Assembly: GCA_031367385.1 (NCBI GenBank) | Contig: JANLPS010000337.1 | Location: forward strand, 1 to 20,223 | Origin: Archangium sp. | GTDB taxonomy: Bacteria > Myxococcota > Myxococcia > Myxococcales > Myxococcaceae | Length of the DNA: 20,223 nucleotides | Direction: 5' to 3' | In this document: one piece after another, positions 1 through 8,639 of the stretch | Layout: the number at the start of each line of letters is the position of its first letter | How positions within the stretch are numbered: position 1 is the stretch's first letter | The notes under the pieces: model-generated | The model's database searches: none | Told to the model about the DNA's origin: nothing | Seen by the model: the letters and a program-made list of their open reading frames with translations, nothing else | Translations under genes and position numbers: made by a program

Positions 1-1
1 C

Positions 2-1738
2 GCGTACACCGCGGTGCTCGCGTACCAAAAGCTGCTCGAGCTCGAGCAACGCGCGGGTACCACCGCGACCTACAAGGTGCTGACGTCGAAAGACCGCGCC
101 GAGGGCGAGAAGATTGTGGTGGTGCAGTTGGTGCCCAGCGAGGTGCAGCTGGTCGCCGCGTCAGACAAGTTCATCACCATGGTCAAGCCGGGTGACGATC
201 GCTCACCTCAGCTCGCCTACAAGGCCGCCGAGGTCTTCTACACCCACAATCAATTCGAAGAGGCGCGCCGCCGCTTCGAGCTGATCATCAACACGTACCC
301 GAAGAGCGAAGTGGCCAAGTACGCCACCAACCTCATCGTCGAGACCTACCTCATCGACAAAAACTGGGCGAAGGTCGAAGAGGTCGCGGCCCGGCTGGCG
401 AAGAACAAAGACGTCATCGACCCCAAGTCTGACCTCTACAAAGAGCTCACCAAGTTCAAGCTGGGTGGCCGGTTCAAGCTCGCCGAAGAGCTGATGGCCA
501 AGGGTCAGTACGACGAGGCGGCCAAGAAATACATCGAGCTGGTCGACGAAGAGCCCAAGCACGAGTTCGCTGACAAGGCGCTCAACAACGCCGCGGTTTG
601 CTACGAGAACGTGCAGCGGTTCGACTCAGCGCTGCGGCTCTACGAGCGCATCGTCACCGATTACCCGGGCTCGAAGCTCGCCGACGCCGCCCTCTTTCGC
701 GTCGCGGTGAACGCCGAGAAGTCGTACGACTACGACAAGGCCATCGACCGGTATCAAAAGCTCGTCAAAGACTACCCGCAGTCGAAAGACCGCGAGTCGG
801 CGCTCTTCAACACCGCGCGCCTGCTCGAGGGCTTGCAGCGCTACACCGAGGCCGCGACCGCGTTTCTTCGCTACGCCGATTTGTACCCGAAGAGCGAAGA
901 CGCTCCGAAGAACCAGTTTCGCGCGGCGCTGATTTACGAAAAGCAAAACGACTACAACAAAGAAATCGGCGCGCTCAACGAGTTCATTCAGAAGTTCTCG
1001 CGTGACAACGCGCAGGCCGAACTGGTCATCGACGCGAAGAAGCGCATCGGCGACGCGAACTTGAAGCTCAAGCGCGACGTCGAGGCCCGCAAGTCGTTCG
1101 AAGCAGCAGCCGATGACTTCGACCGCCGTGGGCTCAAGCCTGACGCCGCGCCCATCGCCTCAGAGGCAGCCGCCTACAGCCGCTTCGAGCTCGCCGAGAA
1201 CGTGTTCGCCGAGTTCGATCGCGTTCACATCGGAGGCACCGGCAAGGCGCTGGTGAACAGCTTCAACTCGAAGCGTGAAGCGGTGAAGAAGGTGAACGCC
1301 GCCTATGACCGCGTCGTCTCCTACAAGCGCGCGGAGTGGACGCTCGCCGCCTTCTATCGCAAGGGCTACATTCTCGAGCGCTTCGCTGAGACGATTCTCG
1401 CGACGCCGGTGCCGCCTGAAGTGAAGCGCCTGGGTGAAGAAGCCGTCGCCTCGTATCAAGATCAGCTCTCGGGGTTGACGGTCGCCCTCGAAGACAAGGC
1501 CGTCGAGACCTACACGCAGGCCTTTCAGGCCGCGAAGCAGTTTCGCGTCAGCAACGAGTGGACGAAGAAGACCCTCGAGTCGCTCAACCGCTACCGCCCC
1601 AAAGAGTACCCGATGCTCAAAGAGGCCAAGCAGGTCATCTCGTCTGACATGGTCTACCCCGACGGCGCGGTCTCGTCGGTCGAGGGTGTCGTGCGAGTGC
1701 AAGACGCTCCGCAGAAGCTCAAGGGAGACGACAAATGA
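2..1738 (+). CDS. Large TPR-repeat envelope protein, GltD/AgmU(NfsD)-like; 5'-truncated by window edge
   Basis: Frame is open from base 2 (AYTAVLAYQK...). Serial TPR/YfiO-type units (e.g. ADKALNNAAVCYE, ADAALFRVAVNAEKSYDYDKAIDRYQKLVKDYP). C-terminal region 'AEWTLAAFYRKG...F...ILATPVPP...Y...L...LEDKAVETY...NEWTKKTLESLNRYRPKEYP' resembles the GltD-type C-terminus. Stop overlaps the next start (ATGA). Confidence 0.8.
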   Translation, partial: AYTAVLAYQKLLELEQRAGTTATYKVLTSKDRAEGEKIVVVQLVPSEVQLVAASDKFITMVKPGDDRSPQLAYKAAEVFYTHNQFEEARRRFELIINTYPKSEVAKYATNLIVETYLIDKNWAKVEEVAARLAKNKDVIDPKSDLYKELTKFKLGGRFKLAEELMAKGQYDEAAKKYIELVDEEPKHEFADKALNNAAVCYENVQRFDSALRLYERIVTDYPGSKLADAALFRVAVNAEKSYDYDKAIDRYQKLVKDYPQSKDRESALFNTARLLEGLQRYTEAATAFLRYADLYPKSEDAPKNQFRAALIYEKQNDYNKEIGALNEFIQKFSRDNAQAELVIDAKKRIGDANLKLKRDVEARKSFEAAADDFDRRGLKPDAAPIASEAAAYSRFELAENVFAEFDRVHIGGTGKALVNSFNSKREAVKKVNAAYDRVVSYKRAEWTLAAFYRKGYILERFAETILATPVPPEVKRLGEEAVASYQDQLSGLTVALEDKAVETYTQAFQAAKQFRVSNEWTKKTLESLNRYRPKEYPMLKEAKQVISSDMVYPDGAVSSVEGVVRVQDAPQKLKGDDK

Positions 1739-3336
1739 AGCGCGTCGTCACGCTGTTCGTTTTCGTCGCCGCCTGTGCCGCTCCGGCGCCCGCGACCAAG
1801 CCCGCCGATGCGTATGGCGCGCCCCCGCCGCAGACCGCCGACATTCCGTATCAGCCGAAGGCACCCGCGGCTTCGAGCGCTGGGCCGGCCCCCGTCGCTG
1901 GCGCGACCCAACCGGCTGCCGGAGGCCCCGCGCCGGCCGCTGCCCCGGCCGAGCCGCCCAAACCGACCTTCGACGGAGCCACCCAGAGCCACTTCAAAGA
2001 GGGTGCTGACCAGCTCTCGAAGGGTGACCTGGCCTCGGCCGAACGCAGCTTCAAAGACGTGCTCGATCGCTCGCCCAAGGCCGACTACGCGTGGACCAAC
2101 CTGGGCCTGATCGCCGAGCGCAAAGGCGACTTGAACGAGGCCGAGAAGCTCTACCGGCGCGCGCTGTCAGTGAACCCGGCGCAAGATTCGGCATGGGACA
2201 ACCTGTCGCGGCTGGCCTGCCGAACCCGGCGCTGCCCCCAAATCGAGAACGAGATTCGCGGCGCCATCAACCAGCAGCCGGCGGCGATTGGCCCTCGAAA
2301 CGCGTTGGTCTTCGTGCTGATGCAACAGAGCAAGCTCGAGCCCGCTGCGACCGAGGCCAAGAAGGTGCTCAAGGCCGATGAGCGCAATGTGCGCGCGATG
2401 CAGCTGCTGGCGCACGTGTACCTCCGCGAGTCGAAGGCCGAGCTCGCACGCCTGGTGCTCGAGAACGCGCGCGCCATCGACGTGAATGACGCCACCACGC
2501 ACAACTTGATGGGCCTTGTGCTGTTGCAGCTCAAGCAGAAGCCGCAGGCACTCGAGTCGTTCAAGACCGCGGCGTCGCTCAAGCCCGACAACGCCGAAGC
2601 GCGAAACAACTTCGGTACCATGCTCAACGACGCCCAAGACTACGACGCCGCCGCCAAAGAATTCGAGGCCGCGGTCGCTGCTGCGCCTGAGTTCACCCTC
2701 GCGCACCTGAACTTGGGCAACGCGTACCGGGGTCAGCAACAGCTGGCCAAGGCCATCGCCGAGTACCAGACCGTGCTCAAGGCGCGCCCCGACTACGTCG
2801 ACGTGTACTTCAACCTAGGGGTCACCCACCTCGACTCCGACATTCAGGGCATGGACCCGATCGAACGCTTTCGCACCGCGATTTCGTACTTCAATCAGTA
2901 CAAAGACAAGGGCGGCCGGGATGAACGGGTCGACCAGTACGTTAAAGACGCCACCAAGGGCATCGACAAAGAAGAGCGCCGCCGCGAACGCGAGAAGAAA
3001 GACCAGCTCAAGAAAGTCGAAGGAGCCAAGAAGGCCGAGTCAGACGCCAAGCAGAAGGTGATCGATGACGCCAAGGCGGCCGAGGCCGAAGCGGCGAAGA
3101 AGAAGTCTGATGACGCTGCAGCGGCGCAGAAGGGTCAGGCTGACGCGGCGAAGGCCGCGGCGGCACAGGCCAAAGCAGACGCTGAAGCACAGAAGAAAGC
3201 CGACGCCGCGGCGAAGAAAAAGGGCGGGAGCGCCGCTAAACCTGCGGCGAAGCTGGGCGATGACGACAAAGGCACACCTTCACCGACGCCTGCGAAGAAG
3301 GCCGGTTCGGGTAAGCTCGGCGAGGACGAAAAATGA
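1735..3336 (+). CDS. TPR lipoprotein, GltE/AglT(NfsE)-like, with Lys/Ala-rich C-terminal tail
   Basis: Lipoprotein signal MKRVVTLFVFVAA-C, Pro/Ala linker, many TPRs (AWTNLGLIAERKG, ARNNFGTML, AHLNLGNAYRG, VYFNLG), then a charged AKK/DAE-rich tail. RBS AAGGGAG at 1721-1727. ATGA overlaps at both ends. Confidence 0.8.
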   Translation: MKRVVTLFVFVAACAAPAPATKPADAYGAPPPQTADIPYQPKAPAASSAGPAPVAGATQPAAGGPAPAAAPAEPPKPTFDGATQSHFKEGADQLSKGDLASAERSFKDVLDRSPKADYAWTNLGLIAERKGDLNEAEKLYRRALSVNPAQDSAWDNLSRLACRTRRCPQIENEIRGAINQQPAAIGPRNALVFVLMQQSKLEPAATEAKKVLKADERNVRAMQLLAHVYLRESKAELARLVLENARAIDVNDATTHNLMGLVLLQLKQKPQALESFKTAASLKPDNAEARNNFGTMLNDAQDYDAAAKEFEAAVAAAPEFTLAHLNLGNAYRGQQQLAKAIAEYQTVLKARPDYVDVYFNLGVTHLDSDIQGMDPIERFRTAISYFNQYKDKGGRDERVDQYVKDATKGIDKEERRREREKKDQLKKVEGAKKAESDAKQKVIDDAKAAEAEAAKKKSDDAAAAQKGQADAAKAAAAQAKADAEAQKKADAAAKKKGGSAAKPAAKLGDDDKGTPSPTPAKKAGSGKLGEDEK

Positions 3337-3593
3337 AACGCTTTGCACTGCTCTTCAGCTCGTTGGTCGTGATGTCTTCGGTGGCCCTCGCCCAAGCGCC
3401 CGCTGCGACGCCGGCCCCTGCCGCGAAGAAGAAGAAGGTCATTCGCCTCGACGCCATCACCGTCGAGGGCCGCATTCAGAAGCCGCAAGCGTTCTACATT
3501 CTGCAGCGGTCGACCCTGAACTTCGACGAGCTGAACCGGGCTGAGACGTTCGTGCCCAAAATCGAGAAAAGCATCGAACGAGACGCGTTCTAA
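3333..3593 (+). CDS. Small secreted protein, GltF/CglF-like
   Basis: 86 aa with a Sec signal peptide (ALA-Q). 'VIRLDAITVEGRIQKPQAFYILQR...F...I' resembles the GltF 'IEG...KP' core. Same position as gltF, after the two TPR genes. Confidence 0.7.
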   Translation: MKRFALLFSSLVVMSSVALAQAPAATPAPAAKKKKVIRLDAITVEGRIQKPQAFYILQRSTLNFDELNRAETFVPKIEKSIERDAF

Positions 3594-3623
3594 AGGGGCC
3601 GTCGTGAGAAGCGCGAGGTAACG

Positions 3624-5288
3624 ATGCAGGCGCTGCAAATGCTGCTTGCCGATGGAATCGTCGACGAGGTTCTCGGCCAGCTCAAGAGTGGGAAAGAGGC
3701 CGATGTCTGGCTGGTGCGGCACAACGGCGAAACCGTCGCGGCGAAGATCTACAAAGAGCGCGAGTTTCGAAGCTTCAAGAACAACGCCGAGTACAAAGAA
3801 GGCCGTCAGACCCGCAACTCTCGCACCCAACGCGCGATGAACAGCGGCAGCCGCTTCGGGCAAAAGGCCTCCGAAGAGGCGTGGAAGGCGTCGGAGGCCG
3901 ACACCTTGGCCAAGCTGCACGCGTCGGGCGCCCGGGTGCCGAAGCCGGTGCTGTTCTACGAAGGTGTGCTGTTGATGGAGGTGGTGATCGACGCCGAGGG
4001 CCGGGTGGCTCCGCGCCTGGTCGATGCGATCATCGAGCCGACGACCGCGCGCGCGATGTACGAGGTCGTTCGCGAGCAGGCCATCAAGATGCTCTGCGCC
4101 GACCTCATTCACGGAGATCTCTCGGAGTTCAATGTGCTGCTGGCCCATGACGGCCCGGTGGTCATCGATTTTCCCCAAGTGGTGTCCGCGGCGTCGAACA
4201 GCCGGTCGGAGCACTTTTTCAAGCGCGACCTCGAGAATGTGCGCCGCTTTTTCGCCGCGCTCGACCCGACGTTGAACAGCCGGGGCGCAGGAGATGCCGA
4301 CGAGATTTGGCGCGCCTACGTGAAGCGCGACCTGTCGCCAGACTTCGTGCCATCGGGCCGTGCGCCTCCACCGCCTCCCCCTCCGCAGCAGCAGCAACAG
4401 AACGGGCAGCAGCGCGGTGATCGCCGACCGCCGAGCGCCAATCGAGGAGGGCCACAGGTCTCTTTTCGCGGTGCGCCTCCCCCACAGGCAGACAGCGGCC
4501 CGAGGGCCAATCAGAGCGGCGGGCGGGGAGCTCAGCGCGGCGAGCAGAACAACGGCCCCCAGCGAGCGCAGCAGCCCGGCCAGAACGGCAATCGCAACAG
4601 CGGTGACAGTTCTTCGCGCTCGCATGGCCAGAACAACCGCGTCAATCAGGGGCACGGAGGCAACAACTCGCAGCCGAACGCTTCGTCGCAAGACGGCTCA
4701 CGCGGGCAGGGAGGCGACAGCGCTCAGCGCTCGAATCAGGGCGCTGGGCAGGGCAGCCATGGCGACACGCGTGGCGGCGCTGCGTCGCACGAAGACTCAC
4801 GCGCGCCGGGAGGCGACGGCGCTCAGCGCTCCAATGGCAACGCGCGTGGCGATGTCGCTGCGTCGCAAGGAGGCTCACACGCGCCGGGAGGCGACAACGC
4901 TCAGCGCCCGCGTCATGAAGGGCGCCTCGGCAATCAGAACAATCGCGGCGACGGCGCATCGAGCAACGCGAGCGGCCCAGGCTCCTCACCAGCGCAGGGG
5001 CGCGGCCAGGCCGGCGGCAGACCTCCCAAGCGTGGCCAGAACGGGGCCCGCGACGGCTCCGCGCCAGGCTCGAACCCCACCGGGTACCGCGTCGGCCCAC
5101 CCAACCCCGGTCAAAATGGCCGCGGCACCCAGAACGGCCGCAATGGCAACCAGAGCCAGGGCGGCGAGCCCCGCGGGCAGTCAGGCCCTCGGTCGAGCGG
5201 GCCCAGCTTCGGCCAGGGTCGGCCCGAGCAGGTCAGCGAGCGACAACCCGGCGGGGGCCACCGCCGCCGCCGCCGTCGTTATTTTTAG
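3624..5288 (+). CDS. RIO1-family atypical Ser/Thr kinase/ATPase with long low-complexity C-terminal extension
   Basis: RIO motifs LKSGKEADV (P-loop), AAKIYK, IHGDLSEFNVL (catalytic loop) and VIDFPQ. The kinase domain ends at about aa 245, followed by P7Q5 and a G/Q/N/R/S-rich tail. RBS GAGG upstream. Confidence 0.92.
   Translation: MQALQMLLADGIVDEVLGQLKSGKEADVWLVRHNGETVAAKIYKEREFRSFKNNAEYKEGRQTRNSRTQRAMNSGSRFGQKASEEAWKASEADTLAKLHASGARVPKPVLFYEGVLLMEVVIDAEGRVAPRLVDAIIEPTTARAMYEVVREQAIKMLCADLIHGDLSEFNVLLAHDGPVVIDFPQVVSAASNSRSEHFFKRDLENVRRFFAALDPTLNSRGAGDADEIWRAYVKRDLSPDFVPSGRAPPPPPPPQQQQQNGQQRGDRRPPSANRGGPQVSFRGAPPPQADSGPRANQSGGRGAQRGEQNNGPQRAQQPGQNGNRNSGDSSSRSHGQNNRVNQGHGGNNSQPNASSQDGSRGQGGDSAQRSNQGAGQGSHGDTRGGAASHEDSRAPGGDGAQRSNGNARGDVAASQGGSHAPGGDNAQRPRHEGRLGNQNNRGDGASSNASGPGSSPAQGRGQAGGRPPKRGQNGARDGSAPGSNPTGYRVGPPNPGQNGRGTQNGRNGNQSQGGEPRGQSGPRSSGPSFGQGRPEQVSERQPGGGHRRRRRRYF
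4680..4907 (+). repeat. Three degenerate in-frame 51-bp (17-aa) repeats in the RIO kinase tail
   Basis: Copies at 4680-4730, 4779-4829 and 4857-4907 encode ASSQDGSRGQGGDSAQR, AASHEDSRAPGGDGAQR and AASQGGSHAPGGDNAQR. Shared DNA core GGGAGGCGACRRCGCTCAGCGC. Confidence 0.9.
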
Positions 5289-5333
5289 AGCCCCTTGCTT
5301 GAAACGACCCGCGCTTCGGCTATTCGAGAGCGC

Positions 5334-5816
5334 ATGAGCGAGCGGTTCTGGTTGGTGAAGAGCGAACCCGAGGTGTTCTCCATCGACGACTTGGCCAAGG
5401 CGAAGTCGTCGGGGTGGGAGGGTGTGCGCAATTTCCAGGCTCGCAACTCGATGCGCGACGACATGAAGCCCGGTGCGCTGGTGCTCTTCTACCATTCGAA
5501 CGCCAAGCCCTCGGGCATCGCCGGCATCGCGAAGGTGAAGGGGGCCCCCGTGCCAGACCCGACTCAGTTCGACCCCAAGAGCGAATACTTCGACGCCACC
5601 AGCCCTCGCGAAGCGCCGCGGTGGGTGATGGTGAACCTGGCCTTCGTCGAGCGCTTCACACAAGTGCTGCCGCTCGACGCGCTCAAGGCCGACCAGGCGC
5701 TCGCAGGCATGCCGCTGCTCGCCAAAGGCCAGCGTCTCTCGGTGCAGCCGGTGACCGCCGGGCAGTTCAGCCACGTGCTCAAGCTCGCGAGAGCCAAAAC
5801 CAAGGCGGCCTCGTGA
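5334..5816 (+). CDS. EVE domain-containing protein
   Basis: FWLVKSEP..FSIDDL, WEGVRNFQARN, FYHS, DPTQFDPKSEYFD, PRW and RLSVQPV are classic EVE (Thy28-like) motifs. Start placed at ATG 5334 (MSERFW). Confidence 0.93.
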   Translation: MSERFWLVKSEPEVFSIDDLAKAKSSGWEGVRNFQARNSMRDDMKPGALVLFYHSNAKPSGIAGIAKVKGAPVPDPTQFDPKSEYFDATSPREAPRWVMVNLAFVERFTQVLPLDALKADQALAGMPLLAKGQRLSVQPVTAGQFSHVLKLARAKTKAAS

Positions 5817-7261
5817 CCGAGAACGTACTGCAGACCATCGACCCGGCGACCCCCAAGCGCATTCACCTGGTCGGCGTGGGCGGCACTGGCATGGGCAGCT
5901 TCGCCGGCATGCTCAAGGCCGCGGGCTACGAGGTCACCGGCAGCGACGAGAACGTGTACCCGCCGATGAGCGACATGCTCAAGACCTGGGGTATCGCAGC
6001 GCTGACGCCCTACTCTGCCGCGAACCTCGATCTGGCCAAGCCTGACCTGGTGATCATCGGCAACGTCATTCGCAAGGTGAACGTCGAAGCCACCGAGGTG
6101 CGCGAGCGTGGCCTGGCGCACATGAGCTTTCCCGCTGCGCTGGGCTCGTTGTTCTTGTCGACTCGGCACTCCGTCGTGGTCGCGGGCACGCACGGCAAGA
6201 CCACCACCTCGTCGTTGATGGGCCACGTGCTCGCCGACGCCGGCCGAGACCCCACGTTTCTGGTCGGCGGAGTCACTCGCAACTACGCCGGCAACTACCG
6301 CCTCGGCAAAGGCCCCCACTTCGTCGTCGAAGGCGACGAATACGACACCGCCTACTTCGACAAGGGCCCCAAGTTTCTGCACTACCAGGCGAAGACGCTC
6401 ATTCTCACCAGCGTCGAGTTCGACCACGCCGACATCTACCGCGACCTGGCGCACTACGAGTCAGCGTTCGAGAAGTTGATCTCGACCCTGCCCGCCGATT
6501 CGGTGACCGCGGTCAGCGCCTCCTGGCCGAACGCGGTCGCGCTGGCGAAAGCCTCTCGCGGCAAGGTCATCACCTACAGCGGCCATGAAGACAGCTCGGC
6601 CGACTTTCACCCACGCGGCATCGAGCTTGGGCCCCACGGCGCCCGCTTCAGCGTGATCGAGCGCGGCGTGAGTCAGGGCACGGTCGTGCTCCCGATGGCC
6701 GGAGTGCACAACGTCGAGAATGCGCTGGGTGTCTACGCTGCGACACGCAGCCTGGGCCTGCGCTTCGACGAAATCGCCCATGGGTTCTCGACCTTCGAAG
6801 GCGTGAAGCGTCGCCAAGAGGAGCGCGGAGCGCCCGCTGACGTGCTGGTCATCGACGACTTCGCCCATCACCCGACCGCCGTGCGCGAGACCATCGCCGC
6901 GGTGAAGAGCCGCTACCCGACCCGGCGGCTCTGGGCCGTCTTCGAGCCGCGCAGCAACACCAGCCGGCGCAATATTCACCAAGACGAATACGCCCACAGC
7001 TTCACCGGAGCCGATCGGGCCACCATCAAGGTGCCCGAGAAGCACGACAAGATACCCAGCGGTGAAGAGCTCGATGTGCCGTTGCTGGCCAGAACTCTGA
7101 CCGCCACTGGCATCGCCACCACCGCACCGGCCACCGTGAAGGAGGCGCTCGACGAAGTGGTCGCTCAAGCCAGGCCGAACGACCTGATTCTGGTGATGAG
7201 CAACGGCAGCTTCGGCGGTTTCATCGACTCCCTGCTCGCCCGCCTGGGGTCGCGGGGGTAA
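5813..7261 (+). CDS. mpl: UDP-N-acetylmuramate:L-alanyl-gamma-D-glutamyl-meso-diaminopimelate ligase (murein peptide ligase)
   Basis: IHLVGVGGTGMG, GSDENVYPPMS, VAGTHGKTTTSS, EGDEYDTAYFDKGPKF, EFDHADIY, DDFAHHPTA, FEPRSNT and MSNGSFGG; these are Mpl-type rather than MurC-type. GTG start at 5813 overlaps the EVE stop (GTGA). Confidence 0.9.
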   Translation: MTENVLQTIDPATPKRIHLVGVGGTGMGSFAGMLKAAGYEVTGSDENVYPPMSDMLKTWGIAALTPYSAANLDLAKPDLVIIGNVIRKVNVEATEVRERGLAHMSFPAALGSLFLSTRHSVVVAGTHGKTTTSSLMGHVLADAGRDPTFLVGGVTRNYAGNYRLGKGPHFVVEGDEYDTAYFDKGPKFLHYQAKTLILTSVEFDHADIYRDLAHYESAFEKLISTLPADSVTAVSASWPNAVALAKASRGKVITYSGHEDSSADFHPRGIELGPHGARFSVIERGVSQGTVVLPMAGVHNVENALGVYAATRSLGLRFDEIAHGFSTFEGVKRRQEERGAPADVLVIDDFAHHPTAVRETIAAVKSRYPTRRLWAVFEPRSNTSRRNIHQDEYAHSFTGADRATIKVPEKHDKIPSGEELDVPLLARTLTATGIATTAPATVKEALDEVVAQARPNDLILVMSNGSFGGFIDSLLARLGSRG

Positions 7262-7271
7262 GAGCCGAAGC

Positions 7272-7802
7272 ATGCGACGCTCGTGGCCGATGATGCTGCT
7301 TCTAGGTGGGTGCATCACTGGCACAGCCGAGGCCCCGCGGGCGGGCGTCGCGGCCCAAGCACCGGTGAAGCCGCCCGAGCTCTCGCTCAAGCACCTGGGT
7401 GGCACCGAGCCGGTCTGGAGCCTTCGCGATGAGCGCGGTCACGTGGTGTTGCTCGACGTGTGGGCCACCTGGTGCGAGCCCTGCCGCGACTCGCTGCCGG
7501 TGTACAACGAGCTCGAAGCGCAGTTCAAAGACCGCGGGCTCAAGGTCTTTGCGATCAACGTCGATGAAGACGGCTCGCAAATCGCCAAGTTTCTCTCGGA
7601 GGTGAAGGTCACCGTGCCGGTGTTGATCGACCCGGGAGCGATGAACGCCGAGCGTGAGCTGCACGTGAAGCTGATGCCGACCGCGTTTTTGATCGACCGA
7701 ACCGGCCACATTCGCGAGGTGCATGAGGGCTTCACCGAAGACGCCAAGGCCAAGTACCAGAGTGAGATCGAGGCGTTGCTGGCCGAGGCTCCAGCCCAGT
7801 GA
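7272..7802 (+). CDS. TlpA/ResA-family thiol-disulfide oxidoreductase lipoprotein
   Basis: Lipobox LGG-C; VLLDVWATWCEPC (CxxC); cis-Pro motif MPTAFLIDRTG. Confidence 0.9.
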   Translation: MRRSWPMMLLLGGCITGTAEAPRAGVAAQAPVKPPELSLKHLGGTEPVWSLRDERGHVVLLDVWATWCEPCRDSLPVYNELEAQFKDRGLKVFAINVDEDGSQIAKFLSEVKVTVPVLIDPGAMNAERELHVKLMPTAFLIDRTGHIREVHEGFTEDAKAKYQSEIEALLAEAPAQ

Positions 7803-8632
7803 CCCACTCCGAGCTGCTCGCATGCGCCATCGCGGCAGCGAAGATCGGTGGAGCGGTGCTGCTCGAACGCCTCGAGACGGTGCGCACCGTCTCGTTCAAG
7901 GGCCCTGGGCGAAGCAACCTGTTGACCGACGCCGACCGTGCCAGCGAAGAGGCGATCGTGCGGCACCTCACCTCCGCCTTTCCTGGGCATGCGATTTTAG
8001 CTGAAGAGGGCGGCGGTGCTGGCAACAGCGAGTGGACGTGGATTATCGACCCGCTCGATGGCACCACCAACTACGCGCACGGGGTGCCTCACTTTTGCGT
8101 CACCCTGGGAGTCGAGGGGCCCACCGCCGAGGGCCCGAGGGTGCTGGCCGGCGTGGTGTACGACCCGACCCGAGGCGAGCTCTTCGCCGCGGCGAGGGGC
8201 CAGGGCGCGACGCTCAACGGCAAACCGATTCACGTCAGCAGCACCGCCAGGCTCGAGAACGCGCTGATGTGCACCGGGTTTCCCTACGATCTCCAGGTCA
8301 AGCCTGAGGTGCCCCTGGGGTTGTTCTCGAAGCTGGTGGTGCAGGCCCAGGGCATTCGCCGCATGGGCAGCGCCGCGCTCGACCTGGCCTACGTGGCGTG
8401 CGGCCGCTTCGATGGGTACTTCGAGTTCGGGCTCCAACCGTGGGACATCGCGGCCGGTTCGTTGCTCATCGAAGAAGCCGGTGGCGCCGTCTCACGCATC
8501 GACGGTCAGCCCTTCGCCGTGCGGTACGGGGACATTCTCGCGTCGTCAGCCGCGCTCGCCCCGGTGTTGACGCAGACCACCAGCGCTTTTTTGAAAGACC
8601 TGAAGTGGCAACCGCGACGCTTCGGCGACTGA
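7799..8632 (+). CDS. suhB: Inositol monophosphatase family protein (SuhB-like)
   Basis: TDADRASE, ILAEE, WIIDPLDGTTNYAHG, RRMGSAALDLAYVACGRFDGYFE and PWDIAAG. GTGA overlap with the upstream gene. Confidence 0.9.
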   Translation: MTHSELLACAIAAAKIGGAVLLERLETVRTVSFKGPGRSNLLTDADRASEEAIVRHLTSAFPGHAILAEEGGGAGNSEWTWIIDPLDGTTNYAHGVPHFCVTLGVEGPTAEGPRVLAGVVYDPTRGELFAAARGQGATLNGKPIHVSSTARLENALMCTGFPYDLQVKPEVPLGLFSKLVVQAQGIRRMGSAALDLAYVACGRFDGYFEFGLQPWDIAAGSLLIEEAGGAVSRIDGQPFAVRYGDILASSAALAPVLTQTTSAFLKDLKWQPRRFGD

Positions 8633-8639
8633 GGCGGCT

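Noticed and set aside
3135..4691. 518-aa minus-strand ORF, and other long antisense or alternate-frame ORFs such as 17230-18570 (+), 6461-7405 (-), 11983-12837 (+) and 4360-5337 (+)
   Set aside because: They overlap genes with clear family motifs, have no recognisable motifs themselves, and are expected shadow ORFs in high-GC DNA.
4680..4907. Spaced repeats as a possible CRISPR array
   Set aside because: The copies are degenerate, 51 bp long, in frame within a CDS and unevenly spaced, with no cas genes.
5414..5812. 133-aa N-terminal extension of Mpl given by the ORF track
   Set aside because: It lies inside the EVE gene in another frame; Mpl similarity starts just after GTG 5813, which overlaps the EVE stop.
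8633..8639. Bidirectional terminator at the convergent suhB/wza junction
   Set aside because: The gap is only 7 bp and no convincing hairpin with a U-tract is visible.
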